From the human T2T-CHM13v2.0 reference genome, Homo sapiens, in NCBI RefSeq assembly GCF_009914755.1, contig NC_060925.1: DNA of 64,000 nt; one strand, written 5' to 3'. The translations under genes and the position numbers were made by a program. Positions within the stretch are counted from its first letter, which is position 1, and each line of letters starts with the position of its first letter. Shown one piece after another: positions 24,640-36,516 of the stretch. Under the pieces are notes generated by a model. That model saw nothing but the letters and a program-made list of their open reading frames with translations, did no database searches and was not told where the DNA came from.

Positions 24640-25950
24640 TCTTTTTCTAATCCTCTATTCCCACCATCACCACTACAGTTAAGTCCAATATTACCATCTG
24701 TCAATTGGATATATTTACATTCATAGTGTGCCTTGAATAACCTTACTCTCATACTTGCTTCTCCTTTCACTGGTCTAATATAGTTCACAGGAACACATGC
24801 TCATATGCACCAAAGTTCAGAACCACTATTTCTTCCACTTCTATGTCTAATTTATTTCCAAGTCTTACTCATTCTACCTCTATAATATTTCTCCTATCTT
24901 TTCTCTTTTGTTCATTTAACCATTGGACCCCCTAATTACCATTTGGGTAGTCTGTTATAACATGTGATTTGTTTGACTTCTTTTTCTCTAAATTACTTCC
25001 CTATGATCCAACCTGTGTGCCATCTTTATCTTATGAAAGCACATATAATCAAGCATTTCCCTTACCTAAACATTATCAATGGTTCTTCATTTCCTGTTGA
25101 ATAAAGTATGTATGCTACCCTGGCATTCATGGTCTTTCTTAAATTGGCCTCAATACACGGTTCATTGTAATCTTATTCTTATTACTCTCTTTCTTGCATT
25201 TTATTTCTGGGCTAACTATTCTAGGTATTTTGAACACAGTTTCTCATGCTTTTCTACCTTTGGCTTTATTCATGCTGTTTTTTTCTGTCACCCAATGTGA
25301 AATATGCATAAAATCATATTCATTCTTTAAAATTCAATTGAAATACTTTTATTACTGTATTTCTTAATGGCCCTCATTGCTTTTACTTTGAATTACAGCT
25401 GAGTATGTTGTATAGATTGAATTGTGTCTCGATCTATTTCCCCAATTCATGTGTTGAAGCCCTAGCCCCCAGTGTGACTGTATCTGGAGATAGGGTCTTT
25501 AGGAGATAATTTAGATTAAATGAGAAATGAGATTATCTGGTAGGACTGTGGTTTTATAAGACGGGAAAGATCTCTCTCTCTCTCGATCTCTCTCTCTCTC
25601 TCTGCTATATGAGAACATGGTAAGAAGGCAGCTGTCTGCTAGCCAAGGAGAGAGCCCTCACCAGAAACTGAATCCTACCAGAATCATTAACTTGGATTTT
25701 CCAGCCTCCACACTGTGAGAAAATGAATTTTGTTGTTTAAACTACCCAGCATATGGTATTTTGTTATGGCAGCCCAAGCAGACTCATACACATGTCCATG
25801 GCCTATTAACTTAAACTGTAAGCTCCTTAATGAGAATTCTTGCACCTTAATAACCTTTGTGTTTTTCAATTTGTGTATCATAATTTATTGTACAAAATTG
25901 GTGTTTGATAAATGTTAAATTAATAAAAAATGAATAAAGAAATACATAAA
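24640..25950 (+). mobile_element. L2 3' region interrupted by MLT1A
   Basis: L2 tail ACTGTAAGCTCC...ATAAATGTT...ATGAATAAA at 25815-25945, with degenerate L2 upstream. Confidence 0.55.
25409..25790 (+). mobile_element. MLT1A MaLR solo LTR
   Basis: ...GAATTGTGTC...GTTGAAGCCCTA...GCAGACTCATACA; TSD TATGT/CATGT. Confidence 0.88.
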
Positions 25951-26818
25951 TCCAGGACATGGAAAGTGAAATGCCTTCTGAAAGAAATGGGTAATTACGT
26001 GAAGAAATGTTTCAAGGACGATTTTTTTAGGCCACAGCTGCATATTGTTTTATTTACTGGCCTGAGTATTTATCACATAAACTATTCTCCACATTTAGGA
26101 ATAGTTTTAAATAATTATGTAAAAGCACACATTATTTTGTTTTTTATCAGATAGAAATCCTTTCCTTTTCAGAAACCCACACACTGAGGATGAAAACTCT
26201 TATAAAACTGAAGATCAAAACTTCAACAATTTCAGAGGAAATTGAAAACTTTTCAGAGAAAAAAGTGCAGTCTCTCTGCAGCTAAATTTTTGCCAAGTAT
26301 ATATCAGTATTTGTGATCTGGATAGTTGGAGTGTTTTTGTTTAGAAAACACTGAAGATATTATGAATTTAGGAATGAGTAGGAAGGAAGTGTGTTGAATT
26401 AGCATATGCATGCTAACATCTGCTGGAGAGAGTACTGAGGATGCTCAAAATATCATACCCTTACAAGGGTGAAGGAAAGGAAAGGAAATGAAAGAAAATG
26501 GAGATGTAGGAAAAGGAGAAATGCAATCTTTGAATCATCTATAGCTTTTTGAAACAAAGTTCTGTATTCTCAGTTGTTCTCTACAGAGCTAACCTCACAA
26601 CTTGAATTCAACAAATCATGAATAACAATAATTCTAATACTATAATTTGTTATTATGTAGTTTGTCTTCAAGGTATAGTCAACCTAAACCCAATAATTAG
26701 GGGAATATCAGCAGCTTTATATTTAAGTATTTCCATATTTAATGAACACAAATGCCATGGCTAAGGTAATCATTCCTAACCATTACCATCACCGTTTATC
26801 TTAAAGAGAAGAAAGACC

Positions 26819-27202
26819 CGTCTTAGTTCGTGCTGCTGTAACAGAATATCACCAGCTAGGTAATTTATAGAGATCAGAAATTTATTTCTCACAGTTCTGG
26901 AGGCTGGGAAGTCCAAGATCAGGGCACTGGCATTTGTATCTGGTGAGGGTCCCATTCCCTCTTTCCAAGATGGTGCCTTGTGACTGTGTCCTGCAGTGGA
27001 GACAAACGCTGTGTCCTTACATGGTGGAAGATGGAAGGGCAAGAGAGAGGGGACAGACTTTCTCTGAATTCTCATTTATAAGGACACTAATGATTTCGTG
27101 GGGGCTCTCAATCACTTCCCCAAAGGTTAGACCTCTTAATACCACCACAATGAGGATTGACTTTCAACAAGAATTTTGAAGACACAAATTCAAACCATAG
27201 CA
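26819..27202 (-). mobile_element. MSTC-like MaLR solo LTR
   Basis: Ends TTCAAACCATAGCA (reverse complement TGCTATGGTTTGAA); TTCCAAGATGGTGCCTTG...ACGCTGTGTCC segment; TSD AGACC/AGTCC. Confidence 0.85.
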
Positions 27203-27361
27203 AGTCCTTTGTAATTTCACACAATATAAGAATCTTAGACATGGTGCAATAGGACAAAGAAAGCTATTGGTTCTGCTACCTTTTGACACATTAGGAAAAA
27301 GTGTATTGTTATTTGAGTGTTACATTTAAATGACTACTACTGAGAAGTGCTCTTTCACAGC

Positions 27362-28550
27362 CTCATTTATTTATGACACAATTACTTATTAAGCATTTGC
27401 AATATGTGGGGCATAAGGCAGCAGACAAGACAGGTAAGCTTTTTACCTTCATGCAGCTTACATTTAAATAAGAAAAAGAGAAAGAAAGGAAGAAAGAGAG
27501 GAGATACTTAGAGATTTTGATACATACTGTCAAGCAAATCAACAGTGAATGTGACAGAGTGTTATTGTGATGGTTGAGAGCCAAGGTTCTACTATAGAAA
27601 GAATGGTCAGAGAAGTCACGGGTATCATTTGGGACCTGAAGTGTGAGAAGTGGCCAGCCAGGCCTAGAGCAAGAGTAGGGGAAAAAACATTGCAGACAGA
27701 GAAAAACAAATTAGAGACTCTGTAAAAGGAAATATGCTGGAATGTATGACATGAAAGGAGGCCAGTGTGGCTGTACCCTGCAGAAAAAGGCTGATAGTGA
27801 CATGAGACAGAGCTGGAGAGGTAGGCGGGAGGTAGCATGTGTAAGACCTTACAGGTCCAAGAGTTAGGTTGATTTTTTTCCTGAGTTCAATGGAAAACGA
27901 TGTAACTACCTCAAGCAAGGTAGCAATCATTATAACCACTCTAGTTGCTGTGAAGAGAATGGAATAGAAGTAGAAAAGAGTGAACATATGAATATAGAGA
28001 GGCTTTTGCAGTAACTCAGCAGCAAGATGATGATTTAGGACTGAAGGTAAACATGAAGAAAATGAAAGGATTTAAGACATTTTATAGATCTACAAGTAAC
28101 AGCAATTGTTGATGGATTATATAGAGCTGGGAGGTGAAGAAGAGATAGAAATTAAGCATATCTCTTAGGTTTTTAGTTGGAAGAATTAGATGTATGATGG
28201 CCCCACTTTCTGAGATGGAAAAGACTAGGGATTAATTTTTATTGTCCTCCTAAATATGTGAAGCTTAATATCTGTTAGCCAATGAGACATAAAGTCAGTA
28301 AGAAAATTAAGCTTTTGGTGCTACAAAACTCAAACTTAGAAGACAGATACAGGCTCAAGATACAAATTCAGAATTTTCTTAGATGGTTCTTCCATTTAAT
28401 GACAGAATAGAGACAGAAATCCTTGTCAAAAGCATTGAGGATGGTCAGTAAAGTAAAAATTCAAGAAAACCAAGGAATTATGGATTCCATAATTCCAAAA
28501 AGAGAACATTGAGAGTAGCATGTGGTCCAGTATGTCAACAATTGCCAAAA
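27362..28550 (-). mobile_element. L2 LINE 3' portion
   Basis: Antisense L2: CATTTATTTA...TTATTAAGCA...GGAGGCCAGTGTGGCTG...TCTGAGATGGAAAAGACT. Confidence 0.75.
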
Positions 28551-29949
28551 GTAGCATGCAATACAACAAAGAGGTTTCTATCAAATTGTAATTTATTTTG
28601 ATTAGCCAGCATAATTGGAATATAAGTTCTTAATCAACACTTGGTTTTCTAGGATATCTAACTGGCTTTTTAAAATCCAATTCAAAATGATAGAATGCTG
28701 CAATTCTTATGAATTCATTTGTTCATTTGATCAATAACAGGTGTTACACTCCTTGCTAGACACTATTGGAAATACTTTATCATCTCCTAATCTCTTATTG
28801 CAACCAAAATTTTATCTCTATAATTTAAGACCAATCTGTTTTAGAATAGTCTAATTTCAACTTATGTCATAAATTCTAGACCAATTACTTTTTAGTTCCC
28901 AATTCCATTTAAATTTCCTTTTGCAATGATAACAATTATCCCGGCCACCTACCATTTCCCAAGAATGTAGCATTTCATAAACTTCTATTTCTCCTACCAT
29001 TGATATGGCCATGAAATCACATTTGGACTGGAACAGACTTAGGAAAATAGAATCATTAAATTAGAGCTTAATGAAAGTCAGGCTATTTTTTCTCACCTAA
29101 ACACGTAATGGAAAGGAGCTTCTCTGAAAGAAGAAAAAGACAGGTGATCATATGAAAACATAAAACAACCAAAAACAACAACAACAACAAAAAACTAATG
29201 ACTTGATTAGGCATGTTATTCTAATTTTTTTTTAGTGGTTTCATTTTTCAATCATTTTTTCATGGAGATTAGGAGACTGGACTAAGGCCGTTGCAGAAAA
29301 ACAACAGTAGAATCTCCTATAATGGCATTGAGCCAAACGTCTCATATTATGAGTTTTGGCACAAGGTGTCACTTTGAAAGTGCAGACCTGTTTCTATGTG
29401 TATCAGGCAAATCCACACTGCATTCTTTATAAGGCATGGTCTTTATTAGTGCTTGGTCTTTTACATTATACATGGTCCACCTATTGGCACAGCTTTTCAA
29501 GGATTTTATTAAGTGCAATTCTACATGTTATTTGCAAGCATGGTGTTTGTTAGTGACATAATTATCCATCCAGACCCAAATTATAGAAATTGGAAATTTT
29601 AAAGTTATGCGTTTTACACATTATGAAAAGAAAAGAAAAAAAAGATCCTCTGGTGGCCTGTTCGTGAAAATGTTATGCATATGATATAATGATCTTTAGT
29701 TCAAAAATACTTACTGTGCAGATCTTAATAGAAAATCTAGAGTTTTACCTTCATGGTGACATTTGTCACTTAACTGGGTGAGAAAGATGATATGAAAGCA
29801 TTCTCACATGGGGGTCATAGTAAAATAACTGAAGGAGATACAGATGAGGCCAATAAAAGCAAAAAATCCCATATGATGAACTGTTCAGATGTGTCAGTAG
29901 GAAAGAATAAGTTCTTTAAATACTTATGTCAGTATTGTTGCTATTTTGT

Positions 29950-30182
29950 TTTTAATATTAATAAATATTACTCTTTTATTTTAATATTTAATTAATATTA
30001 AATTTTTAAATAATTTTTAAAAATTTAAATTATTTAAATTTAATTTAAATTATTTAAAATATTTTTATTTAAATATTTAAATTAATTTAATTTAAATAAT
30101 TAAATTAATTTAATTATTTAAAAATTTTAAATACTTAAATTAATATTAAATTAATATTAAATTTAAAATTAATATTAAATTT
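29950..30182. repeat. Nearly pure A/T quasi-palindromic low-complexity tract
   Basis: About 230 bp with only three C and no G; nested inverted repeats centred near 30063. Confidence 0.9.
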
Positions 30183-30791
30183 GTTGAGGCTGCTTTTGGA
30201 AATCAATAACTTGATTTTCATTATCATTTTAAAGAACATAAGGCCATTTATTGATTTAAGGTGACTCGATTTAAGTTTGGGCCTTCCTTCCTTGCCCCTT
30301 TAGCCTTGATATGTGATACCAGGATAAATAGGATTACATAGCATTGCCTCGAAGTAAAAAGAACAGGTGGAGGCTGTGGTTGTATTTTTTTTTTCCCCCA
30401 AGAGCAGTTTGCACTTCTGCTTGTTAGCAAATTACAGCCTCTTGTATTCACTTTCCAAAATAGAAATGGAAAACTGAGATAAAAAGAATAACAACAAAAC
30501 ACATAATACCTCTATTACCTACACCAACACAAGCTTACTTTCTATCATCTATTGACTGTTTACAAAGAGAAAGATGAAAATCCCACCACATTAATGTGTG
30601 AGGATCCACCTCAGTGGTTTAGGGTGAGAACTAGAGATCTTAAAATCTTTTATTTTTGTCCTTGTAAATCATTCTGTTATTAATAAAACAAATTATTTTT
30701 TATGTTGTTTGCTCTACTGCCATTTTATGGGCACTATTGCTTGTTTCTGGGCAGACGTTTAGTTGATTGTCTTAAAAACAGTGGGCTAGAG

Positions 30792-30956
30792 CAGTAGTTT
30801 CTAAATTTTAATGTGCATATGAATCACTTGGGAATATTGTTAAAATGTAGATTCCAACTTGATTGGTGTAGGGTGGAGCCTGAGATTCTGCACTTCTAAC
30901 AAGTCCCAAGGTAGTAAGATACTGCTGGTCCACGGACCACACTTTGAGTAGCAAGG
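30792..30956 (-). mobile_element. MER5A1 MITE
   Basis: TTTAATGTGCATATGAATCAC...GCTGGTCCACGGACCACACTTTGAGTAGCA. Confidence 0.85.
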
Positions 30957-31459
30957 GGTTGAAAAACTGGAGGGAGACACCTCTGACTTATCTTTCTGAG
31001 CAAGTCACATACATAGTGTATCCATAGAAATGAAGTTTTAAAATTCCTTTTTTTAGGTTTAAATGTAACGGAACTTATTCTGTGGTTTTATCTGGATTAG
31101 TCAAAAACTTTATTGAGAAGTGTAGGTTCCAGAATATGATACATGGAATGGACTAACACGATTATTCCTTTTCATTGTATAAATTTTATATTGCCAAGAA
31201 TAATCACAAGTTTGTAGTTGTTCCTAGAATACATTTATTTTTAAAAGTAGGAAAGCTTTTGGCTATGTCTGTGCCTAAATTGCTCTAATTTGTGGTGTCT
31301 TTCTTAACCAATAGCGTTCCTCTTATAAGACATGTATTTTGAGGCTTCCCAAAAGATTAACCTGATCACATAACAAGAGTGTAAAAACTTGTGGTTGACC
31401 GCTGATCCTTTTAACATCGATCTAACTCCTTTGGCAAGTTAGAAGAAAAAGAAGTAATC

Positions 31460-31674
31460 CAGTGGTTTTCTACAAAAGTTGAATTAGTTGTAGCCATGTG
31501 GGGATCAGAATCATCTGGAGAACTTTTAAAAATTATACAATTCTCCCTCCCCAACTCACATGCCTTTTCAAATATTAAGATCTCATGGTGGGAACATGGC
31601 TATTTTAATTTGAAAAAAATGACCCAGGTGGTTCCGATTTGCCTCCTCCATCCCGCCCAAATTAAGAACTGCTG
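31460..31674. mobile_element. MER5-related hAT-Charlie MITE
   Basis: CAGTGGTTTTC...ATCAGAATCATCTGGAGAACTTT...CCCAGGTGGTTC...TTAAGAACTGCTG. Confidence 0.55.
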
Positions 31675-31871
31675 AAATAAATTAATGACATACTTTGAGT
31701 CTCACCTTTCATTCCGAATTTTAAAGTCAAAGCCATAAAATGTCTAAACTGTTTTGTGTACTTTTATTTTTTCAAACAGTTATATAATACTAAAGGTTCT
31801 GAGTTAAAATGTTCTCACAAGACCAAGGAGCTACAGCAAACTTACATGGCAGCATATTCCATTGCACAGGC

Positions 31872-32049
31872 TAGGGGTTCTCAATCCTGGCTGTAACCCT
31901 GGAATAACATGGGAAATGTTTTAAAACACCAAAGCGTAAGCCCCACCCCAGACCAATTAAATCAAGCTCTGTAGGCATGGAGTCTGGCATCATTATTTTT
32001 AAAGCTCCCCAGGTAATTCTTGTATGCAGTCAGAACTGAGAACCATTAT
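31872..32049. mobile_element. MER5B MITE
   Basis: GGTTCTCAATCCTGGCTG...GCCCCACCCCAGACCAATTAAATCA...AAAGCTCCCCAGGTAATTCT...TGAGAACCA. Confidence 0.8.
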
Positions 32050-32584
32050 GGGCCAAAGACCCAGAAACCCTTTGTCTATAGAGCAATCTAGAGTAAGTTC
32101 TTTTTATATTAAGTAAAATATTGAGTTTCAGAGTATGCAATCAATGACAGGAACTTCCATTCTTCTCATGGAATTATTCAAGACTTTTTTTATTCCTGAG
32201 TCTATAGGATCCTTTGGAATACTAAGAAATAGATCATCACACATTTGACCTTTTCTGAAAATAAGTGGCAATTATAATATCAAGCAATATGTCTTCACTA
32301 ATCTCAATATATGTCTCAAGGTATGTAGAAGTGAATGAATTAAGTTTAATAAATTTAGTGCTAATGGCATTTGAGTATATAGTATGTACATTATTAGGTC
32401 CTTTCACTTAAGGATCTGCACGTTTTTTTGTTTGTTTAGTTTGCAATCCAATTGTATGTTTAAAAAAATAAACAAAACCCAAAAATATCTTACAGAGGAA
32501 ATAAATCCCTTGAGGACAGTGAAGAAATAACTTTGAGATCACCTTCCCATCCTTCCGATTTCTTCAATGAGAGCTTAAATGGAT

Positions 32585-32642
32585 TTTCAAAAAATCAGGT
32601 ATAGTTTACATGAAGTGAAATTCACCCTTTTCAGTGTGTAGT
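32585..32642 (-). mobile_element. L1M 3'-terminal fragment
   Basis: AGGTATAGTTTACAT...AAATTCACCCTTTTCAGTGTGTAGT. Confidence 0.55.
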
Positions 32643-32799
32643 ACTGAGAGATAATTCTCCATGGGTCGCTCACATTTTTGCATGTGTTGTGAGCAGAGGC
32701 ACTGGCTGTCCTTTCTTCTGGGCTATCTTTCAAGGATGTTTGTATAGCAAGTAGCCTTGGAAGACTGTTTCCCACTGAAACAAGAAAGCATTTTATGAG

Positions 32800-34660
32800 T
32801 CACCAGGTAAAGTTTCCTGAGACTATATGGGCAGATTCTTTTGTTTTGTTTTGTTTTGTTTTGTTTTGTTTTGTTTTGTTTGTTTTGTTTGAGATGAAGT
32901 CTCACTCTGTCCTCCAGGCTGGAGTGCAGTGGCACGATCTCAGCTCACTGCAACCTCCATATATGGGCAGATTCTTAATGTCAGTTTCCTAGCAGTCAAA
33001 GAAAAAAATATTGCTTCAGCTTTCTACCACCAAAATGAGGCCCAACACCTTACTGAACTGCTTGACTATTCGGGACAGTGTATTTCTACCTGGGGCATTC
33101 TACTGGGTCTATTATATTGGCTAAGCCACAAATCAGCATGTTTTGTGTGTGAGGTCCAAATTAATAGATTGTCTAGAAAGTTGTGGCACACTCTACATTT
33201 GGGGCCCCACACTCCTAAAAAAAAATCCCTTAAGAACAATCATATTAGTAAACTCAAAGTATATTCTGGAACCCTCATTTCTCAATGAAGATTTTTACTA
33301 ACCCAAATAAAACCACAAAATAAGTTCCTTTACATTGAAAGTCTCTGTGAAATGTTTTGGCTTTGCCAAGTATCCTATCAGAGGAAAGTAACCTCTATTT
33401 AGGGGAGCTTCTTATGGTTTGGACTCATTGCTTCTGTGACGCAGCTACCACCCTTTCTGAGAAGCAAGTATTGGCTTGTTCCTGGGGTCTTGCCAAAACC
33501 GAACTCCCGGCCCATGGACGACTTGTAACGCTACTGCTGAGCGTTTCCATTTCAGTGTATGTCAACTCAGACTCAATAACTACCAGGATGGGAGGTTACT
33601 GAGTTACCAACCAGCCTTGCTTGTCCAATGCCACTGATATTTTTAACAACATCCCTGACCTCAGAGGTATCTTGGCTTTACAAGAATAGCTGACAGTTAT
33701 CCCTCTGTGGGAAGCTTTATCTCCACTCTTTTTATGTACAGAAAAGCTGGCTCCAAGGGGTCCTTGATTCACAGATGTTCCCTAAAAGCTTTGACTGGGT
33801 TCATTGACAGTTTAGCTAAGCTGAAGCTTAATGTTGTCCATTGGACTACCACAGCCATTTAACCTCAGTATCTGCAATGCAGAATGAAAAATGGATGGGG
33901 TCGGTCCATTCAGAGCGCAAAACTCAATGCTCTTCTCACAGCTCTGGCTACTACTCCTTTGATGAAATGCTATATTTTTACTGACTTATTGCCAATGGAC
34001 TAGCAATTGTAGAAAACCACAAGCTGGCAAATTGAAGATACCCCTTTTTGGAGCTGTGAATGACGGATACAAATCATGGCAAGGGAGCAATTCGTCACTC
34101 ATGTAGATGTCCATGGTAAAATCTCATTCTCTGAGAAGACTGAATAGAATCAAACCTGAACACTCCCAATTGCCATCGTTATTGCCCAGATCCATCATGC
34201 TACTAAACACAGCACCATACCCATTATTATAGACTAGGAACAAAGTAAGGGACTCTATCTCTCTGACGCAGAAGTTACGAATGCATGTCAGAAGTTGTGA
34301 ATCCTGCTAAAGTTGACCAGTGTTTTAGTAGTGAAGGAGGCCACAACACATGAGGCATTGCTTTTATTCATTCCTGGAAAAATGACTAAGTTGAAACTTT
34401 TACTAACTGTTCTGGGCTAAAGTGCTGCCTCACTGCTGTCAGTGCCTTTTCAGGTCACAGTGTTGCTCTTCCAGTCCAATCAGCCAACTCTGGCCACACT
34501 ACCATGGTTCTTGATCCTAATCTGTGTCATGTTTTCAGCTTTCTGATGTTACAGAGCTGCTGGTCAAGGTATTCAATGGGCTCCCGTGCTCTGTAACACC
34601 CACAGGCACCTGGTCAGTTTGAGCATTGAAAGGATCTCCTCAAAAATCAACATAGGAAAA
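32800..34660 (+). pseudogene. ERVL pol pseudogene remnant (RT thumb, connection, RNase H, integrase)
   Basis: ORF peptides QVKFPETIWADS, EAQHLTELLDY...GILLGLLYWLSHKSACF and SEKQVLACSWGLAKTE; DNA for FIDS (~33800; WFTDGS-like), CYIFTD (~33968), VTHVDVHG (~34094) and CLTAVSAFSG (~34426); many stops and frameshifts. Confidence 0.8.
32841..32959 (-). mobile_element. Severely 5'-truncated Alu (S-type 3' end) with (CAAAA)n tail
   Basis: Last ~70 bp of Alu; perfect 17-bp TSD TATATGGGCAGATTCTT (32824-32840, 32960-32976). Confidence 0.93.
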
Positions 34661-35243
34661 TTTCCAGCTCTACTCTTCTCACCTCTTCCTTAGTAAGGCA
34701 GTTTGGTCACTGGATTTGGCTGTCTCTGAAAGAGAGCATTCCCTTTGGCTGCTTCCTGGGTAATAATCAAGATGAAAGGTGGGGGAACTATATAGACCAT
34801 TTAGGATTCTGCCTTGACCATTCCTAGGCATGATTCTTCTTTCATTCCCTTGATTTAGAATGAAGGGTTTAGAAAGCCTGGTTCTTAACTCTCTTGGTGG
34901 CAGCCTAGTGAAAAGATGGTCTAGGTAATTCAAATTTAATTTTGGATCAGTTACTTAGATTCTCTTGATTGATTGACATGATCCTGTATCATAAGGATAA
35001 TAACAACATTGCTGATGACCTTTCTCTCCAAGTCCCCTTACAGTAGCCCACATATACCAAAAGTGGGGGACATAATGGGTCTTTCTCATTTTTATAAAAT
35101 TGTCCTGCCTCATTTACACATAAGCTTTCTGAAAAAAAGGTCTGCATGAAAGTACAAGATGATTGCCTAAAGACACAATGATGACTGCAGGAATAGAAAA
35201 CACCAATTTTTGTGTAGTGGAGGGAAAGCCAAACCTTGGCACC

Positions 35244-35609
35244 TGCTATGGTTTGAATGTCTTTCCCAAAACTCATGTTGAGATTTAGTTGCCATTGTAA
35301 CACTATTAAGTTGAGTGGTGATTATGTTATAAAGTCTGTGCCTTCATGAATGGATTAATGGATTAATGCTGTTACTTTGGAAGTGAGTTATCTCAAGACT
35401 AGGTCTATTATAAAAGGTAGTTCCACCCTCTTTCTTTCTCTCTGTCTTGTTTACTCACTTGCCCTTCTGCCTTCTGCCTTCTGCCATGGAATAACACAGC
35501 ATGAAGGCCCTCACAAGAAGCCTAGTCTCCAGAACCATGAGCCAAATAAATCTCTTTTCTTTGTAAGTTACCCAGTTTTGATATTGTTATGACAACAGAA
35601 AATAAGACA
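35244..35609 (+). mobile_element. MST-family MaLR solo LTR (MSTB/MSTD-like)
   Basis: TGCTATGGTTTGAATG...CTCCAGAACCATGAGCCAAATAAA...TAAGACA; perfect TSD GCACC. Confidence 0.88.
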
Positions 35610-35785
35610 GCACCTATGGAAAGAATGCCTCAGACTCAAAGAGTTATGGGAGAAGAAGCTATATTAATTATTTTTTTCCAAACATAAGGACTAGTTTCAA
35701 TTATTCACACTGAACTGCAAATACTAAAGCTTACTAGCCAGCCAGTAATGAGGCTAACTTGGAGGCAATGCCAACCCATGCCTTC

Positions 35786-36203
35786 TATATTAGTCACGGT
35801 TCTCTAGAGGGACAGAACTAATGTATGTATGTATATCTATATAGATAGATAGATGATAGATAGATATATCTATATATTTATAAATTAGAGTTTATTAACT
35901 AGTATTGACTCACACAATCACAAGATCCCATAATAGGCCATCTCCAAGCTGAGGAGCAAGGAAGCCAGTCCAAGTTCCACAGCTGAAGAACTTGGAGTCT
36001 GATGTTTGAGGGCAGGAAGCATCCAGCATGGGAGAAAAATGTAGGCTGGAAGGCTAAGCCAGTCTAGCCTTTTCATGTTTTTCTGCCTGTTTTATATTCG
36101 CTGGCAGCTGAGTAGATGATGCCCACCCAGATAAACGGTGGGTCTGCCTTCCCCAGCCCACTGACTCAAATGCTGATTTCCTTTGGCAACACCCTCACAG
36201 ACA
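35786..36203 (-). mobile_element. MLT2A (MLT2A1-like) LTR lacking its 5'-most ~60 bp; internal (TAGA)n/(TATG)n expansion
   Basis: Reverse-complement match to the 3619-4056 LTR (TTAGTCA.GGTTCTCTAGAGGGACAGAACTAA...TTTATATTCGCTGGCAGCTG...GGCAACACCCTCACAGACA). Confidence 0.9.
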
Positions 36204-36326
36204 AATATGATATTTGATAAGTTTAAAATTATAAATTAACCTATCAACACAACAGCAAATATCTAGTTATCTAAATACAGTAAGTATTTTATTGGAAAGA
36301 TTAAATGGGCATAGTAGACAATCAAT

Positions 36327-36516
36327 TAAAATCGCCAGATTTAGCAAATAAAAATATATGATGCTGTGTTTAGTTTGAATTTCAGATAAATAACAAATAT
36401 TGTTTTTAGTATAAGTATGCCCAAGATATGTCATGGGACATACTCAGATAACTTATTTGTGGGTTACCTGAAATTCCAATTTAACACAGCATTCTGTATT
36501 TTATCTGGTAACATTA
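36327..36516. mobile_element. MER53 palindromic hAT MITE
   Basis: GCCAGATTTAGCAAATAAAAATA...TTTGAATTTCAGATAAA...CTGAAATTCCAATTTAAC...TGTATTTTATCTGGTAAC; 8-bp TSD CAATCAAT/CACTCAAT. Confidence 0.88.

Larger units (their letters stand above)
32643..35785 (+). mobile_element. Decayed ERVL-class provirus: LTR47-like 5' LTR fragment (~32643-32790) joined directly to pol and 3' internal sequence
   Basis: GATAATTCTCCATGGGTC...GAGCAGAGGCACTG...TTTCAAGGATGTTTGTATAGC LTR start, followed immediately by pol motifs. Confidence 0.7.
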
